This document shows, piece by piece, positions 49,791 through 58,596 of a stretch of DNA of 64,000 nt. A program made the position numbers and the translations under genes. Source of the DNA: an uncultured delta proteobacterium (GTDB lineage: Bacteria; Desulfobacterota; Binatia; UBA9968). The DNA is taken from positions 192,001-256,000 of the forward strand of contig CAVTUQ010000009.1 of NCBI GenBank assembly GCA_963737905.1, given 5' to 3'. The notes under the pieces were generated by a model that made no database searches, was not told the DNA's origin, and saw nothing but the letters and a program-made list of their open reading frames with translations. The stretch's first letter is position 1. The number at the start of each line of letters is the position of its first letter.

Positions 49791-50789
49791 ATGAAGGTCG
49801 TTCTTAAAGCGACGGCAAACGTCCTCTTTATCTGCTTGCTTGTCGTCGAAGCCCACGCCGCTGATCGCCTGCGCCTCGGCTATTCCTCGATTACGGCGAA
49901 TCGACTGCCACTTTGGCTGGCACAGGAAGCGGGAATTTTTGCGCGCCACGGAATCGACGCCGAGTTGCTTCTGATACCGAGTGGGACCACCGGCGTGCAG
50001 GCTCTCGTGGCGGGCGAAGTGCAGATCTTGTCCGCCACCGGCGCGACCGCCGTTGCCGCCGCGCTCCGCGGCGCGGATGTGGTAATCATCGGTAGCCTGG
50101 GAGTCATTGAATACAAGCTTGCGGCGCTGCCGCAGATTCGGAATACGGAGGCGCTTAAGGGAAAGAGGGTGGGAATCAGCCGCTTCGGATCGTTCACCGA
50201 TTTTGCATCGCGGCGAGTGCTTCGCCACGTAGGGCTCAATCCAGAAAAAGATGTGGTGCTGTTACAAACCGGCATTGCCGGCGCTACACAGAGGCTGATG
50301 GCTATGTTCAATGGAACGATGGATGCCACCCTCACGCAGGTGGATACCATCTTGTTGGCCCAGATCAAACTGGGAAAGGAGGTCTCGGTGCTCGGGGGCC
50401 TGCTGGAGACGGGCTATCGCGCCACGGGGGCGGATATCATGACATCGCGACGCTTTCTCAAAGAGAAGCCCGAAGTCGCCAGACGCTTCATGATGGCGAT
50501 CGTTGAAGGCATTCATATGGCGCGCACACAGAAGGCTGCGGCGCTGCGCATGATCAGCAAGCAGCTAAAGGAAAACGACCCGCGGATTCTCGAAGCGCAA
50601 TATCGGACCTTCGTGATCGATACTTTTCCCACAAAGCCCTATCCCGATGAGGTCACGGTCCGCTTTTCTCTCGAGGAGTTGGACAGAGAGTTTTCCGGAG
50701 CCAAAGACAAAAACGTAAGTCAATTCATCGACGCGAGTCTTCTCGGGGCCATCGACCAGAGCGGTTTCATCGATAAACTGTATAAGTGA
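49791..50789 (+). CDS. ABC solute-binding protein, NMT1/SsuA-like
   Basis: Signal peptide from ATG 49791; EAGIFARHGID, ALVAGEV, LKGKRVGISRFGS. Confidence 0.85.
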   Translation: MKVVLKATANVLFICLLVVEAHAADRLRLGYSSITANRLPLWLAQEAGIFARHGIDAELLLIPSGTTGVQALVAGEVQILSATGATAVAAALRGADVVIIGSLGVIEYKLAALPQIRNTEALKGKRVGISRFGSFTDFASRRVLRHVGLNPEKDVVLLQTGIAGATQRLMAMFNGTMDATLTQVDTILLAQIKLGKEVSVLGGLLETGYRATGADIMTSRRFLKEKPEVARRFMMAIVEGIHMARTQKAAALRMISKQLKENDPRILEAQYRTFVIDTFPTKPYPDEVTVRFSLEELDREFSGAKDKNVSQFIDASLLGAIDQSGFIDKLYK

Positions 50790-50824
50790 TTTCGTGATGG
50801 AGCGCTGCGTTCGATGGCGACCGC

Positions 50825-51805
50825 TTATTTCCCGCTGAGCTCGCGACGAACCTCTCTCAGCAGGCTGAAATCGACGACTTTGTCTACCGGGATCTCACCG
50901 ATATTTTTGTCTGACTTGCGAATGATGTCAAAATGTACCTTTAATTGCTTCTCGCCGATGATGCCGTCTTCATTGAGAGCTTTGACGATTGCCGCGTAAG
51001 ATTCTTTCGCCACGTCCGGCTCGACTTTCCATTCTTTCTGAATCACTCCGATCGTCCCTTCAGGATTTTCCTTGGCAAAACGCAAGCCGCGATACAACGC
51101 TCGCACGACTTTTTTCACTTCTTGCGGATGCTCTTTAATGCGCTGCTCCGTAGTGGAGTAGCCGTTGCTGGCAAACTGCACCACATCGCCGACAAAAGAA
51201 ATTTCGTTGAAGCCGTCCCGCTTCAACAACACGACGGCGGGAACGGGAACGATGATCGCCGCGACCGAGCCCACGCGCAGCGCCGCAACGCGGGTCCCTT
51301 CGCTGCCTATTTGGATAATCAGGGCGTCACGTTCAGGCTCGACGCCGAAGTGTTTGAGGACGAGACGGGCGGAAAGATCGGAGGTGCCCCCAAATTGGCT
51401 GACGCCGACTCGCTTGCCCTTTAGTTCCGCCACCGACCCGATCTCCTTTTGCGCCACCAGGTAGTACATGGGACGATCGGCGCCGTAGAAAATTGCCCTG
51501 ATGGGCGCGCCCCGCGCCGCGAGGCGTAGCCCGGAATCGGCGAGCCCATGATACTGCACGTCCCCCGACAGCAAAGCATTTTGAGCCATGGCGGGAATCA
51601 ACCTGGGCAACTCGATATCGATGCCTTCATCTTTGAAAAAGCCCCGATGAACCGCTACGAAAAGCGGAAGGTAGCCCATGGAATTGCCGGGCAGCGCGAA
51701 CTTGATTTTGTCGGCGGCCAGGACGGGAGCGGACAGATTCGAGACGGCCATGGCCACGATAAGCGCAAAGGCTATCATCCATTTCTGAAAACTTTGATAA
51801 TGCAC
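50825..51805 (-). CDS. ABC solute-binding protein, NMT1/SsuA-like
   Basis: Signal peptide; RGFFKDEGID, ELKGKRVGVS, VDFSLLREV. Confidence 0.85.
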   Translation of the reverse strand: MHYQSFQKWMIAFALIVAMAVSNLSAPVLAADKIKFALPGNSMGYLPLFVAVHRGFFKDEGIDIELPRLIPAMAQNALLSGDVQYHGLADSGLRLAARGAPIRAIFYGADRPMYYLVAQKEIGSVAELKGKRVGVSQFGGTSDLSARLVLKHFGVEPERDALIIQIGSEGTRVAALRVGSVAAIIVPVPAVVLLKRDGFNEISFVGDVVQFASNGYSTTEQRIKEHPQEVKKVVRALYRGLRFAKENPEGTIGVIQKEWKVEPDVAKESYAAIVKALNEDGIIGEKQLKVHFDIIRKSDKNIGEIPVDKVVDFSLLREVRRELSGK

Positions 51806-52008
51806 ACCTTCCTCCTTTTAGCTATTCTGGGATGTCGATCTTGCAAATTTCGCGTAACATACGCGGTTTCTTACGTCAATCAACAGGAGCGGGCTCAAGG
51901 ACGGACACCCGTGAGATAGAGCTGGTATTTAAGCCTGCATCTCTTTACGACCCTGCGGAGATCATGTTACGCTCCGAACTCAACAACAACAACGCGAGGA
52001 AAATATTT

Positions 52009-52752
52009 ATGAAAATCATCGAGCGGTCATATAGCACGAAAGACGACGGGATAGCAGGGTTTATGGCTTATCCCGAGAGAAAGGAGCCAGGGCCGGCGCT
52101 GTTTCTTATCCATCCCAAGGGGGGACTCGGCGAGTACATCAAAATCGAGACGCGCAAGTTTGCAAAGCTCGGCTATAGCACGTTTGCAATTAACGTTTTC
52201 GAGCAGCTCGGCTATCCGGCCGCGACGCACATCGAAACGGGGTCGCAGATACAGGCCAAGACTCCGGATCCTGAGTTTACACGTGTGCTAACCCAAGGCT
52301 GGCGTCATCTGCTCGCCCAGCCTCACGTGAACAAGAACAGAGTTGCCGTTTGTGGCTATTGCATGGGCGGACGCATCGCGATTCACCTCGTCGCCGCGAC
52401 TCCCGATGTGCGGGCCTTTGTCGGCTACTATCCGACCGTGCGCGACGAACCGCAAACCGAATTGCGGCCAGTTCACCCATCGGTCGCGGCAAGAAAAATT
52501 CGCTGCCCGTCTATCATCCTGTATGGCGCCGACGACATAACCACGGTTATCCCGGTCCAAGACAAGATGATGTATGCCTTCAGAGAAAATGGCCAACCCC
52601 TGGAGTGGCATTTCTTCCCATTCGGCGGTCATGGCTACGTGGATCCCGGCGCGCCTGGTTATCATGCACACACGGCTGATCTCTCGTGGCCATTGGTCAC
52701 GGATTTCATGGAGCGCCATCTCAAGTGGGACTCGCCCTCTTTTCTCGAATAG
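52009..52752 (+). CDS. Dienelactone hydrolase family protein
   Basis: GYCMGG nucleophile, YGADD, GHGY. Confidence 0.88.
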   Translation: MKIIERSYSTKDDGIAGFMAYPERKEPGPALFLIHPKGGLGEYIKIETRKFAKLGYSTFAINVFEQLGYPAATHIETGSQIQAKTPDPEFTRVLTQGWRHLLAQPHVNKNRVAVCGYCMGGRIAIHLVAATPDVRAFVGYYPTVRDEPQTELRPVHPSVAARKIRCPSIILYGADDITTVIPVQDKMMYAFRENGQPLEWHFFPFGGHGYVDPGAPGYHAHTADLSWPLVTDFMERHLKWDSPSFLE

Positions 52753-52778
52753 TCGCCAGTTAGCTGTTTTATGAGACC

Positions 52779-52811
52779 GGTTCCAGCGCGTCACGGCGGC
52801 GCGTTGGAACC
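52779..52811. terminator. Hairpin between convergent genes
   Basis: GGTTCCAGCGCG...CGCGTTGGAACC, a 12-bp stem with one G-U pair. Confidence 0.5.
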
Positions 52812-52840
52812 GTTGTAAGCGAGGTTAAAGAAAGCGGCGA

Positions 52841-53098
52841 TTAGCCGGCTCCCCTCAGCGTGCTCTTAAAACCTTCGATCGTAAGCTTCCCGTTCACCAT
52901 TCTTTCCAGGTCCGAAGCGCTGACGGGGTGATGTAGATCGCCGACTTTAAGATCCCAGTGAAAAATCTCGCCGAGTGCCGGCAAGCCGCCGGGTAGCCGC
53001 TCGTCGGTGTGAGCAATCGAAATATCTTTGCCGCGGTAAACGCCGCGAACGTCGGCGCCGTTGGCGCGGCACCACGCGAGGACCTGCTCGAATGTCAT
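52841..53098 (-). CDS. Small hypothetical protein (85 aa)
   Basis: Co-oriented directly after the cupin gene, RBS GAGG, globular composition. Confidence 0.65.
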   Translation of the reverse strand: MTFEQVLAWCRANGADVRGVYRGKDISIAHTDERLPGGLPALGEIFHWDLKVGDLHHPVSASDLERMVNGKLTIEGFKSTLRGAG

Positions 53099-53111
53099 AG
53101 CCGCCTCGCAA

Positions 53112-53531
53112 TCAATCGACAGGATTCAATAGATGTTCTTTAAGGCCGGTGTGAACGCCGTAAATAACCTTACCAATTTTCGGTTTGGGTTTCGGTTCCG
53201 TGCTGACCTGATAAAGGATCAGACGGCCCGTGCCGGTGTTGTTCAGTTGATAGAAAAAACCTGCGGGAACGTGCACTGCCTGGTGTTTGGTTAACTTGAA
53301 CTCTTCGTCATCCTTGAGGCCTTTCATGGTGCATTCGCCCTCGACCACAAAGAAGGTGTGATCTGAACCGGGATGACAGTGCAACTCGTCATTGACTCCC
53401 GGCTCATAACAGTTGAGCGCAATATGGGCGCGATCGGTTTGAGTTGGGCGAACGTAGTTTCGTCCCGTCGGTTTGCCCCATTGGGCCTGCTTTTCCGTAT
53501 CAACTACGGTTATTTTCTCTATGTTGTCCAT
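53112..53531 (-). CDS. Cupin_2 domain protein
   Basis: LHCHPGSDHTFFVVEG and VHVPAG..YQL.N; RBS GGAGG before ATG 53531. Confidence 0.8.
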   Translation of the reverse strand: MDNIEKITVVDTEKQAQWGKPTGRNYVRPTQTDRAHIALNCYEPGVNDELHCHPGSDHTFFVVEGECTMKGLKDDEEFKLTKHQAVHVPAGFFYQLNNTGTGRLILYQVSTEPKPKPKIGKVIYGVHTGLKEHLLNPVD

Positions 53532-54218
53532 TTCGCACCTCCGGATGAATTTCTTATGATTTGATACCAATTTCCAATTTTTGCAAGTGTACAGGACGTG
53601 ATCGGGACAAGACAAGCCCAGCCAGCATTCTTTTTATTGGTACGTTGACAAGAAAGAACATCCGGCCATAGTCGGTTCGGGTTTTCTGTTCAAGTGCGTC
53701 GCCGCGGAGTTCCCTTCCCCTTGGTAGGCGCCCCTTCTTCGTCTTAACGACATCATTTCTCTCGCTGAACTGCCGACCTAAGGCAAGAACGGGCCGGACC
53801 AGTGGTTGAAGCTGCTACGTGAGATCACGCGCGAATGATATTTCGTGCCTTAAGCTTTCTGACAAATCTCTTTAGTTATAGAAGCATTGCATCATTTTTC
53901 TCACCCTCTTTTGATATTGCCACCTGCGCACCGTGATCCGTTGGTTAAGGATCAGAAGGTAAGTCATTAAATAAAAAGAGAAATACTGATTGGTTCTTGG
54001 GGCTACAGTCGTGGTGGACTGGACGCGCTGCTAGCGAGTGGTATGAGTATAGGCAGTAAAGAAGGGAGGAAGAATATGGCAGCCAGGATCGACAGCACGG
54101 TATGCCGCAAGCGGCCCAAGAAACGGCAAGGCGCCAAGCAATAACTTTGAATACGAAGAAAAACGAGTCTTTTGACAAAGGCTCTTAATTGCTTTTTCAA
54201 GCAATAGACTAAAACCAC

Positions 54219-54251
54219 GAAAGGCCTGCGTTCGACTAACGCAGGCCTTTC
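54219..54251. terminator. Intrinsic terminator-like hairpin
   Basis: Perfect 14-bp stem GAAAGGCCTGCGTT / AACGCAGGCCTTTC, 30 nt after the stop of the CmcJ-like gene. Confidence 0.7.
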
Positions 54252-54280
54252 TCGTTGGTGTGGATGGTTGCGCGTGGTGA

Positions 54281-55118
54281 TTAGAAAAACGCCAGGGTGC
54301 GCATCTCGATGCTTTCCCGGGGCGGAGCGTCCGGCGGGCTTGTGGGGTCGTCGAACGCACAATGGGCGGTCCATCGGGCGCGGCCGTCTCTTGCCGACTC
54401 GAAGGTTTTGAACACGATCGCTTCATTGCGCTTCATGTTGGGGAAATAGTACCAGACATGGTCGGGGTTGAAAGTCATGTGACACGTTTCGCCGACCCGA
54501 TCCGGGTAAATCCGCGCGCTGGCGACGAGTTCCTTCGTTCCGATGCTGCGCGCGTCGGCAATCGCCAGCGGCTCCCGCTGCACGGGGTTGTTGATCGGCC
54601 GCCAGGTCTGGACGATGGCAAAGCGGCGTTTGAGAAGCTCTTCGGCTTCGTCGGGGAGTAGGTCGCGCACGCGCTGCGGCCCGGACCAATCGGTATAGTC
54701 ATTATGAGCATTGCGCACGGGGCCACTGATCTGTTTCGCTTCACGAGTCGCCTGGTCGGCGGAGCGCAAGGTGTGATCGAAGACAACGACCCGCTTGGCG
54801 CCGGAGGTCCTCTTGACCAATTCTTCGGTCTCCTTGTAGTACAGGCGATCGAATTTCGTCCTCGTCATAGAAATTTTTCATCTTGGTCTCGTGATTGACG
54901 AAGATGAATCCTTCGCGCTCCAGGGACAGTTGATCGGCGATCGCGCGGGCGTTGTAGATCGTCATCTTGTGCGGTTGGTATTGGCCTTTGCGCTGTTCAT
55001 CGGCCACCGATTGTCTCACGCCGCCGTAGCTGGCCGGTTTTTCGCTGGCCTCTTCAAGGTAGTGGATCAATGCTTCGATCGATTCTGACGATTGGCCAAT
55101 TCTTTCGGGTCGTGCCAT
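54281..55118 (-). CDS. CmcJ/NvfI/AsaB-family oxidoreductase, frameshifted
   Basis: LSLEREGF, VFDHTLR, AHNDYT, QTWRPI, PLAIADA, TAHCAF, PRESIEMR. ORFs join near 54850. Confidence 0.85.
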
Positions 55119-55134
55119 AGTTATCTCCTTCTTA

Positions 55135-55320
55135 AAATCCGAAATCCGAATATCGAAATCCGAAACAAACCTAAAGACTTAAACCCCAATTACGAAATCC
55201 GAAACGGGCTGGTTTGGAACTTTCTAATTTTTTGATCATTTGAAATTGTTTCGAATTTCGGATTTCGAGTTTTGAATTTGTAATTTTTTATACTTGGCGC
55301 CCTTTGCGTCTTTGCGCGAG
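55135..55320. repeat. Heptamer-based (AAATCCG) imperfect inverted repeat plus a CTTTGCG-type half repeat
   Basis: Left arm 55135-55168 and right arm 55246-55279 are imperfect reverse complements with 7-nt period; CTTGGCGCCCTTTGCGTCTTTGCGCGAG at 55293-55320. Confidence 0.8.
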
Positions 55321-55348
55321 ACACGCTTTCCCGTTTCTCTTTTTCATC

Positions 55349-55984
55349 TTAAAATTTGGGCAGCATCTCGCAGCGGGTCTGTCTCGGTCCCAGGCTTTCA
55401 TAGTAACGATTTTCTTCCGGGACATAGCGTCCCTGATTGAACTCGCCGCCTTTTTGGCTGCGAATAATCACGGCAACCGTGCGTTCGCCGACGGTGATCT
55501 CGGTGTGAATCTCATAGGGCTTGACGAGGTCGATCTCCCCAGGGCCGACGAGCACGTCGCTCGACTCCCGGATTTCGGCGTAGTCAGGCTTCGACCGATC
55601 ATCGAGCCGGTCGTAACGGACGACCTTCTCGTGCCCGTCGAGCACGCCGTAGAGTGTGTAAATATGGGCGTGGTCGTGGATGCGCGCGCGCTGGCCCTGG
55701 CGTGCTTCGCCTTTGGTCAATCCGTTGATGGCGAAGCCGTAATCCGGATCCTCGTAAAAAAGCAGATTTTCGGCCCGCCCGTTCGCCGGCACGCAATCCG
55801 GCCACTGCTTCGATGCGGCGATGACGTCAGGATCGGCCAGAAGCTCGGCGAGAATCGGCCGCAAGGTGTTCCAACGCTTGTCGAGGTCGGGTTCTTGAGC
55901 GAAGAGCGCACGGGTTTTGCGCACGAAACGCTCCATGGCATTTTCACTTTGTGTCTGCGACTGAGTTGCGGTTTGGGTTTCCAT
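55349..55984 (-). CDS. Cysteine dioxygenase-like cupin
   Basis: LFYEDPDYGF, RIHDHAH...YGVLDGHE..RY, PYEIH. Confidence 0.7.
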   Translation of the reverse strand: METQTATQSQTQSENAMERFVRKTRALFAQEPDLDKRWNTLRPILAELLADPDVIAASKQWPDCVPANGRAENLLFYEDPDYGFAINGLTKGEARQGQRARIHDHAHIYTLYGVLDGHEKVVRYDRLDDRSKPDYAEIRESSDVLVGPGEIDLVKPYEIHTEITVGERTVAVIIRSQKGGEFNQGRYVPEENRYYESLGPRQTRCEMLPKF

Positions 55985-55995
55985 TTTTCTCCTCC

Positions 55996-57165
55996 TTATT
56001 GTTGGATAGGTTGATTGTTCTCTTGGGATGGCTGGGAGGCCGCTCCGTGCAGCCGTGCATAGAAGCGCGCGCAGTTATCCCAAAGAATCTTGCGCTTGTC
56101 GTCGTCGGGTAATTTGAGCTCGAGAAAGCTTTCGACAGCATGCGGGTATTTGGAGTCGCCGTGGGGATAGTCGGTGGAGAAGACGAGATGGTCGCAGCCG
56201 ACCTCTTCTATCGTGTAGCGCGCCGGCGCTTCGTCCGGTTCGACGGAAATCCAGCATTGTCGTTTGAAATAGTCGCTGGGTTTCATAGCGAGATTCGGCA
56301 TGAAGATATCGCCCTCGCGCTCGTAGCCTTCGTCAAGGCGCCACAGGAGCCATGGCAGCCACGAACAATTGGCTTCGAGAAAGGCAACTTTCATCTTTGG
56401 GTGGTGTTCGAGAATACCGCCGCCCAGAAAAGCACCTAGGCCCATCATTTGCTCGAAGGGTTGCGCGTAGACGCGCCGGAGACCGAAGTTAGGTTCGAAA
56501 TGTTCGGCGGCTTGACGCGACCGTGAAGCAGAAGCTTCATGAAAACCGAGCGGGAGGTTTAACTCTTCGAGCGTATTCCACAGCGGCTCGTAGTAGGGGT
56601 CATACCAGTTCTTACCATTGACCAAATTCGAGCGGAGAAACACGGAGCGAAAGCCATATTCTTCTACGACCCGGTGAGTTTCTTCGACGGCGTCGTGAAT
56701 GTCGTAAATTGAAATCATCCCCGCGCCAAGGAGGCGGGAGGGGTCGCTTCGGCAAAAGTCATGAAGCCAGTCGTTGTACGCGCGCGCCAGAGCCGCGGCG
56801 AAGCGCGGATCGTGGTCGGGATAGGTAAGGACGCCCAGTCCCCGCGTGGGAAACAGCACCGCAACGTCAATGCCCTCCGTGTCCATCGCCTCGAGTTGGA
56901 CTTCGCCGGTCCAGCCGCGCGCTGCGTGATCGCGGTAGATGTCTTGGTTCTTTTCGTAGTTGTGACCTTTGTGCGGGGTGCCGCGAGTGCGGAGGGCTGC
57001 CGGGTAGGCATTCGGAAAGATCAAGCCAAGGTCGCGGACATTCTCGGAGGTTCTGCCGCGTGGAGCATTGGGGCGAAACTCCGGCGCGATATAGCGCTCC
57101 CACAGATCGGGTGGCTCCATGATATGCATGTCGCTGTCAAAGACCTTGAATCCGTTTTTTGCCAT
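55996..57165 (-). CDS. Amidohydrolase family protein
   Basis: FDSDMHIMEP, AMDTEGIDVAVLFPT, ARAYNDW, FLEAN, FSTDYPHGD. Confidence 0.9.
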   Translation of the reverse strand: MAKNGFKVFDSDMHIMEPPDLWERYIAPEFRPNAPRGRTSENVRDLGLIFPNAYPAALRTRGTPHKGHNYEKNQDIYRDHAARGWTGEVQLEAMDTEGIDVAVLFPTRGLGVLTYPDHDPRFAAALARAYNDWLHDFCRSDPSRLLGAGMISIYDIHDAVEETHRVVEEYGFRSVFLRSNLVNGKNWYDPYYEPLWNTLEELNLPLGFHEASASRSRQAAEHFEPNFGLRRVYAQPFEQMMGLGAFLGGGILEHHPKMKVAFLEANCSWLPWLLWRLDEGYEREGDIFMPNLAMKPSDYFKRQCWISVEPDEAPARYTIEEVGCDHLVFSTDYPHGDSKYPHAVESFLELKLPDDDKRKILWDNCARFYARLHGAASQPSQENNQPIQQ

Positions 57166-57265
57166 GGTCTTCTCCGTTTCCAGCCGGACGGTTCTTCTAA
57201 GCTTGAGCGTAATGCGGTCAACCACTGCGTGTCAAGCTTTCAATCCAGCCGACTGTTGATGTCGG

Positions 57266-58423
57266 CTACGATGATGACAGCAACCGGATGCCGTAGAGCT
57301 TTTCAGGGGCCACTGCAAGTTGCCGCCAGCTCTCGCCGGCATCGTGGCTCGCGTATACCGAACCGTCCGTATAGGCAACACAAATGGTATTAGCATCCTC
57401 CGGGTGTATGGCAAAGCCGCAGGTCATGTGAGGATAGCCCGCGGGCAAACTGCCATTGAGCCGCCGCCAGCTCTTGCCGCCATCGTCGCTGCGCAAAATT
57501 TGTGTGTGCGCTCCGCCTGTTTCTTGTGAAGTATCGCGGCTGAAACGAATGGTGTTGTAGGGTCCGGCGCGAACGGTGCGGTAGCCTTTCCAAGACGTAG
57601 GCCCATTCTCGGCCGCGCCGAGAAAGATTCGGTTTGGCGCGCCAGGATGGATCACAGTCGGAATAGCATAGGCTCGCCCCATTCCGTACTCCGCCTTGGA
57701 CCAATATCTACCGTTATCATTCGTTATATAGGTGCCGATGCCGGTAGTAGCGTACAGTGTGTCGAGTTGGGTAGGATGACGGATGACCAAATGAACGTCG
57801 CGGTAAACCCGCCCGTCTTCGTGTTTGCCCATCTGGTAAGGAAGAATGCCGGCAGGGTCGTTATACTCCGGATAGGCCGTGGCGCTGGATGGGCCGCTGA
57901 TATCTTCCCAGCTTTCTCCTCGATCTCGGCTGCGCGCCACGCCGCCCTCTTCGATGCCCACAAGGATTTCGTCCGGAACCCGGGCATCGAGTGTGATGCA
58001 GCGAATGTGAGCGGTGTGCGGCGGCGGCGGAAACGTCCACTTGTTATATTCCGGCAGCTGGCGGAATGCCGACAGCTCGCGAAACGAGCGACCGCCGTTT
58101 TCGCTCACATAGACGGCGGCGGGTAGCGTACCCACGTAAATTTCGTTGGGACGAGTCGGGTGCGCCGCCATGGCCCAGATATCGCGAAAGTCGACGCCGC
58201 CGGCAGGCAGCCATTTCCAGTTTTCGCCGCCATCTTCGCTAACGTGAATCTCGGTTAAGGTAGCCGCGTAGAGGCGCTGGGGATTAGCTGGGTCCTGTGC
58301 GACTTCGCGGAGGGTTTCGCCCTCAAGAGCGGTGTTCACAAGCTCCGGGCCCTCGGAGCGACCATCCCAGCGGCAGCGAATGAGCTTGTCAGCGGCGAGA
58401 AGAAACATCTGCAAAGGTTTCAT
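57266..58423 (-). CDS. BNR/Asp-box repeat beta-propeller protein (WD40/YVTN-like)
   Basis: Repeated S.DGG.SW boxes (SEDGGENW, SENGGRSF, SRDRGESW, SDDGGKSW, SHDAGESW); no signal peptide. Confidence 0.85.
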   Translation of the reverse strand: MKPLQMFLLAADKLIRCRWDGRSEGPELVNTALEGETLREVAQDPANPQRLYAATLTEIHVSEDGGENWKWLPAGGVDFRDIWAMAAHPTRPNEIYVGTLPAAVYVSENGGRSFRELSAFRQLPEYNKWTFPPPPHTAHIRCITLDARVPDEILVGIEEGGVARSRDRGESWEDISGPSSATAYPEYNDPAGILPYQMGKHEDGRVYRDVHLVIRHPTQLDTLYATTGIGTYITNDNGRYWSKAEYGMGRAYAIPTVIHPGAPNRIFLGAAENGPTSWKGYRTVRAGPYNTIRFSRDTSQETGGAHTQILRSDDGGKSWRRLNGSLPAGYPHMTCGFAIHPEDANTICVAYTDGSVYASHDAGESWRQLAVAPEKLYGIRLLSSS

Positions 58424-58596
58424 GACTATCCTCCTGTGAACGCTTCACTGAACTGAATTCTAGAAGCGCCCGACTTGTAACCGGTTCTGCGAAATCAAGA
58501 AGTATCGGCCAACTATCCGGCATTCAGAAAAATACGGCAAATCGAGAACGGTCGTCAAGCACGAGTGCGTGCCATTTCCAAGTCCCGCTAACTTTC

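Noticed and set aside
55135-55279. CRISPR array
   Set aside because: The units are 7-nt degenerate tandem repeats in inverted arms, with no unique spacers and no cas genes.
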